Below, one piece after another: positions 18,926-28,370 of a DNA stretch of 42,898 bases. The stretch is from Rickettsiales bacterium. GTDB lineage: Bacteria; Pseudomonadota; Alphaproteobacteria; Micavibrionales; GCA-2720935. How positions within the stretch are numbered: the first letter of the stretch is position 1; each line of letters begins with the position of its first letter. The DNA is taken from positions 13,588 through 56,485 of the forward strand of contig PBIV01000016.1 in the NCBI GenBank assembly GCA_002720935.1, read 5' to 3'. The translations under genes and the position numbers were made by a program. A model generated the notes under the pieces. The model had not been told where the DNA came from and ran no database searches. It saw only the letters and a list, made by a program, of their open reading frames with translations.

Positions 18926-19465
18926 ATGACAAACTTATTTAAATCATTCAAAAAATGGAAGCCAGTTCAGTGGCTAAAAGTTACCGGCTCGGCATTTTTA
19001 CTTTCATTAGGATTGGGTACTATGGCGGCTTCGCCAGCGATGGCACAACAAGGGTATGGCTATGAGCGCAATTATGAAAGAAATGATCACCGAAACTATA
19101 ATCGTGACCGTGATCGCGGCTGTGATACTGGAGATGTGATTGGTCGCAGTATCTTAGGGGCTATCATTGGTGGAGCTATTGATGATGATAATGGTGCGAG
19201 TGCAGGGGCTGCATTAGGTGCTGCTACATGTCTAAATGATAATCGCCGTGGTGGTTATTATGGTGATCCTTATTACAGAACGCCAAGACAGTATCAACAA
19301 CCACGTCTTCGTATTGACCCGAATTATCGCCCAGGTGTTCAACGTTGTTTTAATAGAACTGTAAATCGCAACCCTTATACAGGTGGTGCAACTGTTCAAC
19401 GATATTGTATTGACCGATATGGACGAAATGTGCCTGTTGGCCCAAGAAGATATGTAGGCAGATAA
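18926..19465 (+). CDS. Exported glycine-zipper protein with R/Y/N/G-rich low-complexity flanks
   Basis: Signal peptide ending ...SPAMA; zipper ILGAIIGGAI...GASAGAALGAA; 4 Cys; own promoter, SD and terminator. Confidence 0.75.
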   Translation: MTNLFKSFKKWKPVQWLKVTGSAFLLSLGLGTMAASPAMAQQGYGYERNYERNDHRNYNRDRDRGCDTGDVIGRSILGAIIGGAIDDDNGASAGAALGAATCLNDNRRGGYYGDPYYRTPRQYQQPRLRIDPNYRPGVQRCFNRTVNRNPYTGGATVQRYCIDRYGRNVPVGPRRYVGR

Positions 19466-19483
19466 ACCTTTAAAGAATTTAAG

Positions 19484-19519
19484 AAAAAAGCGCTCTAGAA
19501 TTTTTAGGGCGCTTTTTTT
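19484..19519. terminator. Bidirectional intrinsic terminator
   Basis: AAAAAAGCGCTCTAGA-ATT-TTTAGGGCGCTTTTTTT between convergent genes. Confidence 0.85.
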
Positions 19520-19525
19520 ATTTAC

Positions 19526-20092
19526 TTATAAGAGTTTGATTAAATCTTCTAGAGCATTGTCTTGCAACCACATTTGAGGCGAAGGCATAATAAATTCAAC
19601 CTTCATATCAATCAGCTCCCTTGCTTGATCAACAGAAGAACACCCCCAAGCAACAGCAGGCACTTCAAAACTCTCTACCCACCATTTGATAAGCTCTGTC
19701 TCCGCCACAGGAAAAGCGATATAATCAGCGCCAGCCTCTGCGATTTCCATCGCTTCATGCTTATCCCCAATAGGACCAGCGCCCAAAGACAGGTTTTTAT
19801 TTTCTTTTCGAAGGCTCTTAACCGTCGGAACAGTCGCTTGAAATAAATGATAACCACCAAGCGAGTTTTTAACGCTTTTAACATCCATGTCAGGCGCATG
19901 ATTGAGCATCAGGGCGACATCATTTGCGATCTGATCATTTTCCATGAGTAGGTGTTCAATTAAATGAATATTGTGTGATAAGAAGGCTTGAACGCTTTTC
20001 TCAGTCAGAAATTCTTTTAATCGTCCAATTTGTTTTGAATTTTGTTCAATTCCAAATGGTGCTTGTAGATAAAGCGCTGTTGTCGCTGTCAT
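19526..20092 (-). CDS. Thiamine-phosphate synthase-like TIM-barrel protein (degenerate ThiE-like)
   Basis: KHEAMEIAEAGADYIAF and IKWWVESFEVPAVAWG resemble the alphaproteobacterial ThiE-like paralog found beside fba/efp. Confidence 0.7.
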   Translation of the reverse strand: MTATTALYLQAPFGIEQNSKQIGRLKEFLTEKSVQAFLSHNIHLIEHLLMENDQIANDVALMLNHAPDMDVKSVKNSLGGYHLFQATVPTVKSLRKENKNLSLGAGPIGDKHEAMEIAEAGADYIAFPVAETELIKWWVESFEVPAVAWGCSSVDQARELIDMKVEFIMPSPQMWLQDNALEDLIKLL

Positions 20093-20112
20093 TTTTTAAC
20101 AAACCTATAAAT

Positions 20113-21045
20113 CTAAACGTCTTTGCCTTGATAGATTTTCATCATATCTTTAAGCAATTTAATGCCTTCTGCCTTTGGTCTTTGGAAAGCATTACGCCCA
20201 ATGATAGAGCCATTTCCGCCGCCTTCATAAATAGCACGTGCATCATCAAGAACACCCTCATCGCCTTTTTTACCACCACCAGAGAAAATAACGATGCGAC
20301 GACCATTAAAGCAACATTGTTTAATGTGAGCAACGCGCTCAGCCATAGTGGAGCGAGCAATGTTTTCGGCCTCATATACTTTTTTTGCTTCTGGTAATTC
20401 TAAATGATCGCTTGGTAATTTTACTTTTACGATATGAGCACCCAACTGGCATGCCATATGAGCACCATAACCAATAATATCAAGAGCTGTTTCGCCATCT
20501 TTTGTTAAAAAACCACCACGTGTATATGACCAGATTACGGTTGCAATGCCATATTCTTTTGCTTCATTTGAAAGTTCTCTGATCTCTTCATACATTTCAT
20601 AGCTGCCTTCAGAACCAGGATAAATTGTAAATCCAATCGCCGCACAGCCTAAACGTACAGCATCTGATACTGACGCAGTAACTGCTTGGTTCGGGATATC
20701 AGAGTTTGGGTATAATGAATTTGCAGAGTTCATTTTTAAGATTGTTGGGATTTGGCCAAGGAATGTATCCGCACCAGCTTCTAAAAAGCCAAGTGGTGCC
20801 GCATAGGCATTACAGCCCGATTCGATGGCGAGTGAGTAATGATAATGTGGATCATAGCCCTCATCATTAACCTCAAATGAGCGAGCGGGCCCATGCTCAA
20901 ATCCTTGGTCAACGGGAAGAATAACCATTTTACCAGTCCCCGCCAAAGTACCTGTGCACATGATGCGTGCTAAATTGGTCTTGGTTGCAATTGTATCAGC
21001 TTCATAATTTGATAAAATTTTCTTTACGGCTCTGGTTACTCGCAT
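20113..21045 (-). CDS. fbaB: Class I fructose-bisphosphate aldolase (FbaB/DhnA family)
   Basis: ILPVDQGFEHGPARSF, GFTIYPGS, AHIVKVK (Schiff-base Lys), GSIIGRNAFQRP. Confidence 0.95.
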   Translation of the reverse strand: MRVTRAVKKILSNYEADTIATKTNLARIMCTGTLAGTGKMVILPVDQGFEHGPARSFEVNDEGYDPHYHYSLAIESGCNAYAAPLGFLEAGADTFLGQIPTILKMNSANSLYPNSDIPNQAVTASVSDAVRLGCAAIGFTIYPGSEGSYEMYEEIRELSNEAKEYGIATVIWSYTRGGFLTKDGETALDIIGYGAHMACQLGAHIVKVKLPSDHLELPEAKKVYEAENIARSTMAERVAHIKQCCFNGRRIVIFSGGGKKGDEGVLDDARAIYEGGGNGSIIGRNAFQRPKAEGIKLLKDMMKIYQGKDV

Positions 21046-21089
21046 TCTTTTTCTCCCTTAATGTATTTTTAAAAGTTAATAAATCTTGT

Positions 21090-21707
21090 TTAAATTTCTT
21101 CTGTTTCAAAGTCTACACTTAAATCTAATGCTTTTGAAGCAATGTTATAGCTGTAGCCTGCACGGGCAAGAGACGCAAGGTCTTTTTGTTTTGATTTCTC
21201 GTCTTTTTTACGGCGATAAATGCCTAATTTCTTGCGTTTTATATAGGTGAGGGCTGCTTTTAACTCGGGGTCATTGATAGTATCAATATCATCATCCATG
21301 CGATCAAAGCGTTGATTGTCTTCGGCATCAATCTCATCAATCACATGAGAGATAAGATCATCATCAACACCTTTTAATTTAATGCGCTGGATGATCTTTC
21401 GCTTTCCTTCGCCTTTCCTGCGATAGCTTCTAACTTGGCCTCTGGTATAGGCCTCGTCATTTAAATAACCAAGCTTGATGAGTTTTTCGATTAACTCTTC
21501 TAAGCTTTCAAAATGTTTGCTTGGGTTTTCTTCATAATGTTTTGAAGAGCGGATAATTTTACGGCTCATCACTTGACGAAAATTATCGATAGAAGAAGAG
21601 TAGCGCTCTAAATAATACATCCCACTTCTGAAAAGATACTCTGGTGATATTTTACGAGGAGGGCGTGGCTCTCTTTTCTTATCTTTCTTGTCCTCGTTAC
21701 TTGTCAT
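21090..21707 (-). CDS. recX: Regulatory protein RecX
   Basis: YYLERYSSS, GYLNDEAY, RIKLKGV, LASLARAGYSY. Start is ATG 21707 or TTG 21722. Confidence 0.88.
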   Translation of the reverse strand: MTSNEDKKDKKREPRPPRKISPEYLFRSGMYYLERYSSSIDNFRQVMSRKIIRSSKHYEENPSKHFESLEELIEKLIKLGYLNDEAYTRGQVRSYRRKGEGKRKIIQRIKLKGVDDDLISHVIDEIDAEDNQRFDRMDDDIDTINDPELKAALTYIKRKKLGIYRRKKDEKSKQKDLASLARAGYSYNIASKALDLSVDFETEEI

Positions 21708-21774
21708 TTCTATGCTATTCAACTATATATTATTGCCTAAAGGTTTAATGGGAATCGGTAATAAGGATTATAAA

Positions 21775-22575
21775 ATGAACCAACCAACATTAAAAGTAAG
21801 AGAATTCGGTTTAATTAACTGGGTTGGCTTTAAAACGCTTTATGTCAGAGAAGTTCAGCGTTTTATGAATGTTTACTTACAAACAATTATTGCGCCTGTA
21901 ATTACAACATTATTGTTCTTTGCGATTTTCTCGCTTGCGCTTGGTGGTGCTGAGCGTGAGGTTTGGGGTATGTCATTTATGACGTTTTTAGCCCCTGGCT
22001 TGTTGATGATGACAATGGTGCAAAATGCCTTTGCCAATCCATCTTCATCGCTCGTAATCTCTAAAATTCAAGGCAATATCGTTGATGTTTTGATGCCTCC
22101 TTTATCAAATTTAGAATTATCGTTGGGCTGGCTTTTAGGCTCCGTGACAAGAGGGTTTTGTATTGGCGTTTTGGGTTGGTTAGCGCTAAACATCTTTTAT
22201 CCAGTGCCCTTAGAGCACCCATTGTTGACTTTCTTATTTGGGTTTTTAGGCTGCACAATGCTTTCTTTATTAGGGATTGTTGCAGGGATTTGGGCGGATA
22301 AATTTGATCATATTGCCTCTGTTACAAACTTTGTTGTGACACCTTTGACGTTCTTGTCGGGTACATTTTATTCAATTGATACATTGCCAGAGACATGGGA
22401 AGTATTAGCCCATTATAATCCGTTCTTTTACATGATTGATGGGTTTCGATTTGGTCTCATTGGACAGTCAGATTCTGATCCTTATGTGGGGTTAATCTGG
22501 CTTCTTGCATCCAATGCAGTTTTGTGGTTCTTTATGCTGTTTATCCTGAAAAAAGGGTATAAAATCAAAAGCTAA
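21775..22575 (+). CDS. ABC-2 type transporter permease
   Basis: NWVGFKTLYVREVQRF, QTIIAP, FLAPGL, PLTFLSGTFYSI, NPFFYMIDGFR. Start ATG 21775 after AAGGA. Confidence 0.92.
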   Translation: MNQPTLKVREFGLINWVGFKTLYVREVQRFMNVYLQTIIAPVITTLLFFAIFSLALGGAEREVWGMSFMTFLAPGLLMMTMVQNAFANPSSSLVISKIQGNIVDVLMPPLSNLELSLGWLLGSVTRGFCIGVLGWLALNIFYPVPLEHPLLTFLFGFLGCTMLSLLGIVAGIWADKFDHIASVTNFVVTPLTFLSGTFYSIDTLPETWEVLAHYNPFFYMIDGFRFGLIGQSDSDPYVGLIWLLASNAVLWFFMLFILKKGYKIKS

Positions 22576-22597
22576 GATATAGATTTTAAAGGTAAAA

Positions 22598-23515
22598 ATG
22601 AAAACATCAGCGAATGATAATATTGTTGAAGGGGCATCGGACGATTTAATTCAGCCGTTTCAACTTGATGCCTCTAATTTCAGAGGGCGAATAGTCCGTC
22701 TTGATCAAACAATTAATAAGATTTTATCAGCCCATAATTATCCTGATATCGTCTCTAAATTATTGGCAGAAGCCTTGTCTTTGACATGTGTTTTGGGTGC
22801 TATGCTCAAATATGAGGGGATTTTTACATTACAGATCAGTGGTAAGGGACCAATTAAGGCGCTTGTTTGTGATATCACCACAGAAGGCAGTCTGCGTGGT
22901 TATGCTGGCTTTGATAAAGAAGGGGTTGAAAAACTATCTCAATCTGATTTTTCGCTACCTCTTAAGGATTTATGCGGCGAAGGCTATCTGGCTTTTACCG
23001 TTGATCAACAAATGAGTGAGCGCTATCAAGGCATTGTTGAGCTTCAAAAAGAAAGTCTTTTAAAAACAGTATTGCATTATTTTGAGCAATCAGAGCAGAT
23101 CAAAACCGCCATAGAGGTTGAAGCGGAAAAGATTGATGGTCAGTGGATTTCTGGGGCGATTATGTTGCAGAAACTTCCCGAAGATGAAAAGAAGAATGAT
23201 AGCCATGTTGAAGATTGGAAGCGTAGTGAGGTCTTGCTTCATACATGTAAACAAGAAGAGATTTTGGATAAAGAGCTTCATTTGAATGATCTTCTTTACC
23301 GTCTCTTTAATGAAGAAGGCGTTATTGTATTCCAACCGATGGAGCTACGCCACGCTTGCCGTTGTTCAAAAGAAAAGGTTTTGAACGTTTTACTTACTTT
23401 GAGTGAAGACGACCTTGATCATGCGCAAAAAGATGGCTCAATAGAGATGGTTTGCGAATTTTGCAGCCATAAGTATAATTTCCAAAAAGACGATATCTTA
23501 AAACAAAAAGAATAA
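22598..23515 (+). CDS. hslO: Redox-regulated chaperone Hsp33
   Basis: RGRIVRL, RYQGIVEL, YFEQSEQI, zinc motif CRCS...CEFC. Confidence 0.95.
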   Translation: MKTSANDNIVEGASDDLIQPFQLDASNFRGRIVRLDQTINKILSAHNYPDIVSKLLAEALSLTCVLGAMLKYEGIFTLQISGKGPIKALVCDITTEGSLRGYAGFDKEGVEKLSQSDFSLPLKDLCGEGYLAFTVDQQMSERYQGIVELQKESLLKTVLHYFEQSEQIKTAIEVEAEKIDGQWISGAIMLQKLPEDEKKNDSHVEDWKRSEVLLHTCKQEEILDKELHLNDLLYRLFNEEGVIVFQPMELRHACRCSKEKVLNVLLTLSEDDLDHAQKDGSIEMVCEFCSHKYNFQKDDILKQKE

Positions 23516-23531
23516 AAAAGAAGGACGATCA

Positions 23532-24131
23532 ATGTTTAAAACAAAATCATACCTAAACTCATTCATTATTTTATGCGCTGTATTTCTAACGGTTTCATGC
23601 GCAAGCGATACGCAATCTGTTTGGCAAAAGCCAGAGATGACATTTAGCTATATTAATGATCCTGTGATGCTTGATATCGCGCAAAGCTATGTATCTAGCA
23701 AAGCCTCTAGCGATATTTACACGGATGAAAATGGCATGGTTCGTTATCCATTGTTAAAGAATGAAGAGAATGTTTTAGCGCGCTTGGTTAATAACCGTGT
23801 TCGCCCAACTGGTGGTGCAAATGTTTTATCGCTTACAATTGAGCGTTCAGATGTGATTGAAAAACCTATCGAACCTGAAGATGGCTTAGAGGCGATGTTT
23901 ACAATTCAAAACTCTCAAGTTTTGGACGCTTACTTAACTGTCTTTGTTGAGCTTCTTGATCCAAATAACAGACCTTTACAAGCACACAGAGTTCAAGTGA
24001 AAAGAAAAGTTTCTATCCCATCAAATGCTTCACTAAATGAAAAAAACAAGATTGTTTTTGAGCTGAGCGAAGCTGTTTTAAAAGACTTTGATCAGAAGTT
24101 CACAGAAATTCTAAAGCGTCACTATTTTTAA
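23532..24131 (+). CDS. Hypothetical lipoprotein
   Basis: SD AAGGA; lipobox LTVSC; no family confidently recognised. Confidence 0.75.
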   Translation: MFKTKSYLNSFIILCAVFLTVSCASDTQSVWQKPEMTFSYINDPVMLDIAQSYVSSKASSDIYTDENGMVRYPLLKNEENVLARLVNNRVRPTGGANVLSLTIERSDVIEKPIEPEDGLEAMFTIQNSQVLDAYLTVFVELLDPNNRPLQAHRVQVKRKVSIPSNASLNEKNKIVFELSEAVLKDFDQKFTEILKRHYF

Positions 24132-24139
24132 AAAAGATA

Positions 24140-25582
24140 TTATTTTGTCCAGAATTGCGGTGTGAAGACAACCAATACTGTGAAGAGCTCTAAGCGCCCC
24201 ATTAACATGCAAATCGATAAAACCCATTTTGCAGGGTCAGGCAGGCTGGAGAAATTCCCAGCAGGCCCAATGATGTCCCCAAGGCCAGGGCCAACGTTAG
24301 AGATGGCTGTCGCAGCCCCTGACATTGCTGTTAGGTAATCCAATCCTAAAAACTGTAGGATAAGGGCAGCCACAATAAAACAAACCCCATAAACGAACAC
24401 AAAGCTTAAAACTGATAGCGGGATATCAGAGCTAATCGTTCTTTTGTTATAGGTCGGCTGGAAGACGCCATGCGGATATAAAAGCTGTTTGATCTGGGTT
24501 TTTGCAATTGAATAAATAATCTGAACACGGAAGATTTTAATCGCACAAGTGGTCGATCCCGCACAGCCACCGATAAATGAGATAAAGAACATAAAACCAA
24601 CGGCAAAACTTCCCCATGCCATATAATCAGCAGATGCATATCCTGTTCCTGTCATCACAGACGTAATATTGAAAGAGGCCTGTATGAGTGATTGTTCAAG
24701 CGTATAAAGCTCATGATAGTAAAGATATATAACCATGAGGGAGATCGCGCTTAATAAAATCCCTAAAAATGTTCTAACTTGTGTATCAACAAATAAAGCT
24801 TTCCAGTCGCCACGAACACCTTTCAAATAAAGCACGAAAGGCAGCCCAGCAATAACCATGAATGAAAAGCCAATAATACGGATACTGTCATTGGCAAAAT
24901 GCCCAACAGAGGCATCGTATGTCGAAAAACCACCTGTTGCGATCGTTGTCATGGCGTGATTAACGGCATCAAAGCCATTCATACCGTTGGAGGCATAAAG
25001 GATCGCACAACACAAAGTTAGAAATGTGTATAACACACCAATTGATCCAGCGAGGTTTGCCGCACGGGGAAGAACTTTTTCGCTCTCGGACGATTCTGTT
25101 TTAAATAGCTGCATACCACCAACGCGTAATAGGGGGAAGATCGATAAAGCCATTACGATGATTCCGATACCGCCTAGCCATTGCAGGATACTACGCCATA
25201 ACAGGATCCCAGGGGGCATGAAATCAAGACCTGTTAAAACCGTTGACCCTGTTGTCGATAGGCCTGACATTGCTTCAAAAAAGGCATCGGTAAAATTAAT
25301 ATGTTCATGGGCTAACCAGAATGGCAAGGCTGCGAAAAATGTAATAACAAGCCAACTAAAGCTTGTCAGAATAAAAGCTTCTCGAACGGTAATGGTAAAA
25401 TTTCCACCAGAATTAATTAGAATTAAAAAACCGCCGACAAAACTTGTCATCAGTGCAGAAACGATAAAGTTTTCCCAATCGTTATTTCCAACAGCAAAAT
25501 CTGTCAAGGCAGGGAACAACATCGTTATTGAAAGAATAACGAGAAAAATGCCAGTAACATAAAAAATAGATTTATAATTCAT
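24140..25582 (-). CDS. trkH: Trk potassium uptake membrane protein
   Basis: FFEAMSGLSTTG, WRSILQWLGGIG, TTIATGGFS, IGGCAGST, SNVGPG, GRLELF. Confidence 0.96.
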   Translation of the reverse strand: MNYKSIFYVTGIFLVILSITMLFPALTDFAVGNNDWENFIVSALMTSFVGGFLILINSGGNFTITVREAFILTSFSWLVITFFAALPFWLAHEHINFTDAFFEAMSGLSTTGSTVLTGLDFMPPGILLWRSILQWLGGIGIIVMALSIFPLLRVGGMQLFKTESSESEKVLPRAANLAGSIGVLYTFLTLCCAILYASNGMNGFDAVNHAMTTIATGGFSTYDASVGHFANDSIRIIGFSFMVIAGLPFVLYLKGVRGDWKALFVDTQVRTFLGILLSAISLMVIYLYYHELYTLEQSLIQASFNITSVMTGTGYASADYMAWGSFAVGFMFFISFIGGCAGSTTCAIKIFRVQIIYSIAKTQIKQLLYPHGVFQPTYNKRTISSDIPLSVLSFVFVYGVCFIVAALILQFLGLDYLTAMSGAATAISNVGPGLGDIIGPAGNFSSLPDPAKWVLSICMLMGRLELFTVLVVFTPQFWTK

Positions 25583-25675
25583 AATTTATAAAAAATGTTA
25601 AATGAGAGCTTGATCGCTTAAATAATCCGTGTTTATACTTTGTCATAAAAATAAAAAAGAACAGGTGAGATTTTC

Positions 25676-26473
25676 ATGTCAAAAAATAAACTATTACTCC
25701 AATCTATTCTAAATGAAAGAGATAAGCTAGAACAAGATCAAAATGATCTGCAAAACTCTATTCTTCCTATTTTCAAGCCTAGAGACTTACCTGATTATAT
25801 CATGGAAGTCAAAGAGTTAAGACCTGCATTTGGCCACCCCGTAAAAATGAGGGCTAATCAAGTCATTGCCTTGGCTAAGGTGTATTTGGATGACACCGCT
25901 TTTTACATGAAATCTTTAAAAGATAAAATTCCACCTGCGCCAAAAGGTTTTTTAAGTAAGCAATCAGATTTTCAAACTGTTATGGTTGATACGGCTTTTG
26001 ATTTGTCGCCTGATTTGGGGGTTTTGTTTTTACAGCTGCATTCAAAACTAACCGAAAATGAATTACAAGAAATTTTAGAAAATCCAGAAGAGCTTCATCA
26101 AAAAATAGAATTAAAGCGTCTTGGGTTAGAAAGCTTTATTGATAAATCTGACTTTGAGGATACAGCAGACCGCGTTTGGGAGTTCTCAATGATGGTTGGT
26201 GGCCCAATGATCTTTAACTTGGCTTGTATCCGTAATCATTACGGACAAGACAGCTCTGCATATAAGCAATCAAAAGTGATCATGGAAGATTGGCTGGCGG
26301 CAAGACAACAAGCCTTTGAAATCTTGGCATCTGGTAGATTGCTAAAATCACACAAACAAAACCTTGTGTTTGATAAAGATCAGTTACCAGATTGGGATTG
26401 TTTAGAAGAGCGCGCCTCATTTGCGGTTGGGCGCATGTTTAAGACATCAAAGGCAAGAAAAAACGGTCTTTAA
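25676..26473 (+). CDS. Hypothetical cytoplasmic, probably helical protein
   Basis: 265-aa ORF with SD (AGGTGAG) filling the trkH-rppH gap; no family recognised. Confidence 0.75.
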   Translation: MSKNKLLLQSILNERDKLEQDQNDLQNSILPIFKPRDLPDYIMEVKELRPAFGHPVKMRANQVIALAKVYLDDTAFYMKSLKDKIPPAPKGFLSKQSDFQTVMVDTAFDLSPDLGVLFLQLHSKLTENELQEILENPEELHQKIELKRLGLESFIDKSDFEDTADRVWEFSMMVGGPMIFNLACIRNHYGQDSSAYKQSKVIMEDWLAARQQAFEILASGRLLKSHKQNLVFDKDQLPDWDCLEERASFAVGRMFKTSKARKNGL

Positions 26474-27021
26474 AGTTTGATGACTTTTGAGAGATCAGCG
26501 CTCTTTTCTTCTGGAATAAAGGCAAAACAAGATTGCACAAATTTATAGATTGGTCGTTTAAAATCAACGATGAGCTGATCAATATTGCTAAGGTCATCCC
26601 AACGCCAGTTTTGAAATTCAATCTCTTCCTCATGCGTTGTTAAATCAATCTCATCATCTTTGCCTAAATAGCGAACGGCGAGCCATTTTTGGCGTTGTCC
26701 ACGATACTTATGGCTGTGGCCTGGAACATATCCTTGGTCAATGAAGTCATAATGCGCCCAATCTTTTGTAATCGCAATCAGCTCAACATTTTTTATTCCT
26801 GTTTCTTCATCTAATTCACGCAAAGCCGCATCAATGAGGTTTGTTTCAATTTCTTGAAGTGTTACACCGCCTTGTGGTAACTGCCAAGCACCTGGAATGT
26901 CCATGCGCTCGCCAATAAATACTTTATTATCTTTGTTAAAAACCGCGATCCCCATACCAAGGCGATAGGGGCGTTCATGCATTGGAAGAATTTTATCGGT
27001 TAGACCTTCTGAAACACCCAT
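26470..27021 (-). CDS. rppH: RNA pyrophosphohydrolase (Nudix)
   Basis: PYRLGMG, WQLPQGG, Nudix box AALRELDEETG, YRGQRQKW, IVDFKRPIY. Confidence 0.93.
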   Translation of the reverse strand: MGVSEGLTDKILPMHERPYRLGMGIAVFNKDNKVFIGERMDIPGAWQLPQGGVTLQEIETNLIDAALRELDEETGIKNVELIAITKDWAHYDFIDQGYVPGHSHKYRGQRQKWLAVRYLGKDDEIDLTTHEEEIEFQNWRWDDLSNIDQLIVDFKRPIYKFVQSCFAFIPEEKSADLSKVIKL

Positions 27022-27041
27022 TTTAAATCTCCTGTAAGGTT

Positions 27042-28277
27042 TTATTTTGGCTCATCAATAAGCAAATTACTAAAGGGTACAAGTTGTAGTGAATTTGATC
27101 GATTAATTTTTTCTGACCATTCCGCATATGTTTTAATTGAAAGTGGGTAGGGATCAATAATACCAACAGCATAGCCAAATTCATCGGCCAATAATTCTAA
27201 GCTACGAAGCTGCCTTTCAATATCTTCTTTGATCAGAACGCTATCAACAATGAGATCAACGCTCATATAAGGGACTTCTTTTTCTTGCGCCGTGTTTTGC
27301 CCAATATTTTTATCAAGGCCAAGGCTGTTTACAAAGACGAATTGACGCCCCTTTAATTCTTCGAAAATAGGTTCTAATTGTTTAGAACTTCTAAGGAAAG
27401 CGCCGCCCATATGGTTTATAACACCAATATAGCCATTTGATTTTGATAAAATCCAATCAAGGCGCTCTAAATTTGTAGTTCTTGAAATTGTGGTTAGTAA
27501 GCCTTTAGCCCCAGGGTCCTTTACAGGATAATCAATTGGCTCCATTGGTAGCATCATTAGATACTCATAGCCATAGCGCCTTAAGAGTTTAGAATCGCGC
27601 TCAACGGTTTCACTATAAGGGTTTAGCGCAAGTGTTGTTGTATTGGGAACGGTTGTTAGAAGCACATCCAGATTATTTGATTGAAAACCGATATCTCTTA
27701 AAATAACGGCAATACGATTTTTACGAGGTAAGGCTGTAAAGTCTTTTGCGTTTTTCTGCCAAACAGGTTGATTGGGGATAACATCTAAATTTGCCTGAGG
27801 TGGTGGTGTTTGTGAGAGTTGTTCAACAATAGGATCAACTTTATCATTATCACTGATTTGATTTGATGTTGGTGTTTTTAAAGTTGTTTCAACTTCGGGT
27901 GTTTGTTGGGTACTATCTAAAGGCTCATTCTCTACCACTTTATCTTGAGTTTGTGTCTCAATAGGAGTGGTATCTGGATCTGGCGTAGCATCATTTTTAG
28001 TGACTTGTTCAGGATCCAAGCCTTCCAAGATTTCAGAAGAGAGCGTTACGTTTGTGTAAATGGAAGGAACGCGAGCTTCGCGTTTTTCCAATGTTGTCTC
28101 GGCACTGATATAAACCCATGCAAAGATAGCAACAAAGATAAGGCAAGTTGCAATAGCACTGATGATGATTTCCATGCGATTTGGTTTGCGCAGACCATCA
28201 AAAGAGTATTCATATCCATATTTTGACAATAGGGAGCCGAATTTTTCCTTAACATTTTGTAGTAGGTTCTTAATCAT
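27042..28277 (-). CDS. Divergent polysaccharide deacetylase family protein (YibQ-like)
   Basis: TM anchor, P/T/Q-rich linker, IAVILRDIG, LPMEPIDYP..DPG, INHMGG; lies between ctpA and rppH. Confidence 0.88.
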   Translation of the reverse strand: MIKNLLQNVKEKFGSLLSKYGYEYSFDGLRKPNRMEIIISAIATCLIFVAIFAWVYISAETTLEKREARVPSIYTNVTLSSEILEGLDPEQVTKNDATPDPDTTPIETQTQDKVVENEPLDSTQQTPEVETTLKTPTSNQISDNDKVDPIVEQLSQTPPPQANLDVIPNQPVWQKNAKDFTALPRKNRIAVILRDIGFQSNNLDVLLTTVPNTTTLALNPYSETVERDSKLLRRYGYEYLMMLPMEPIDYPVKDPGAKGLLTTISRTTNLERLDWILSKSNGYIGVINHMGGAFLRSSKQLEPIFEELKGRQFVFVNSLGLDKNIGQNTAQEKEVPYMSVDLIVDSVLIKEDIERQLRSLELLADEFGYAVGIIDPYPLSIKTYAEWSEKINRSNSLQLVPFSNLLIDEPK

Positions 28278-28370
28278 TAAAAAATCTTATAGTTCTTATT
28301 TTAGCCTTCATTATACCCAAGAATCTTAGACATGAAAGCTATTTTGACAAAACCAAAAAGGTCTTAATGA

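Noticed and set aside
25026-25562. Long antisense and alternate-frame ORFs (also 1917-2249, 10269-10640, 19975-20397, 36053-36409 and others)
   Set aside because: They are shadows of well-supported genes, with no recognisable motifs.
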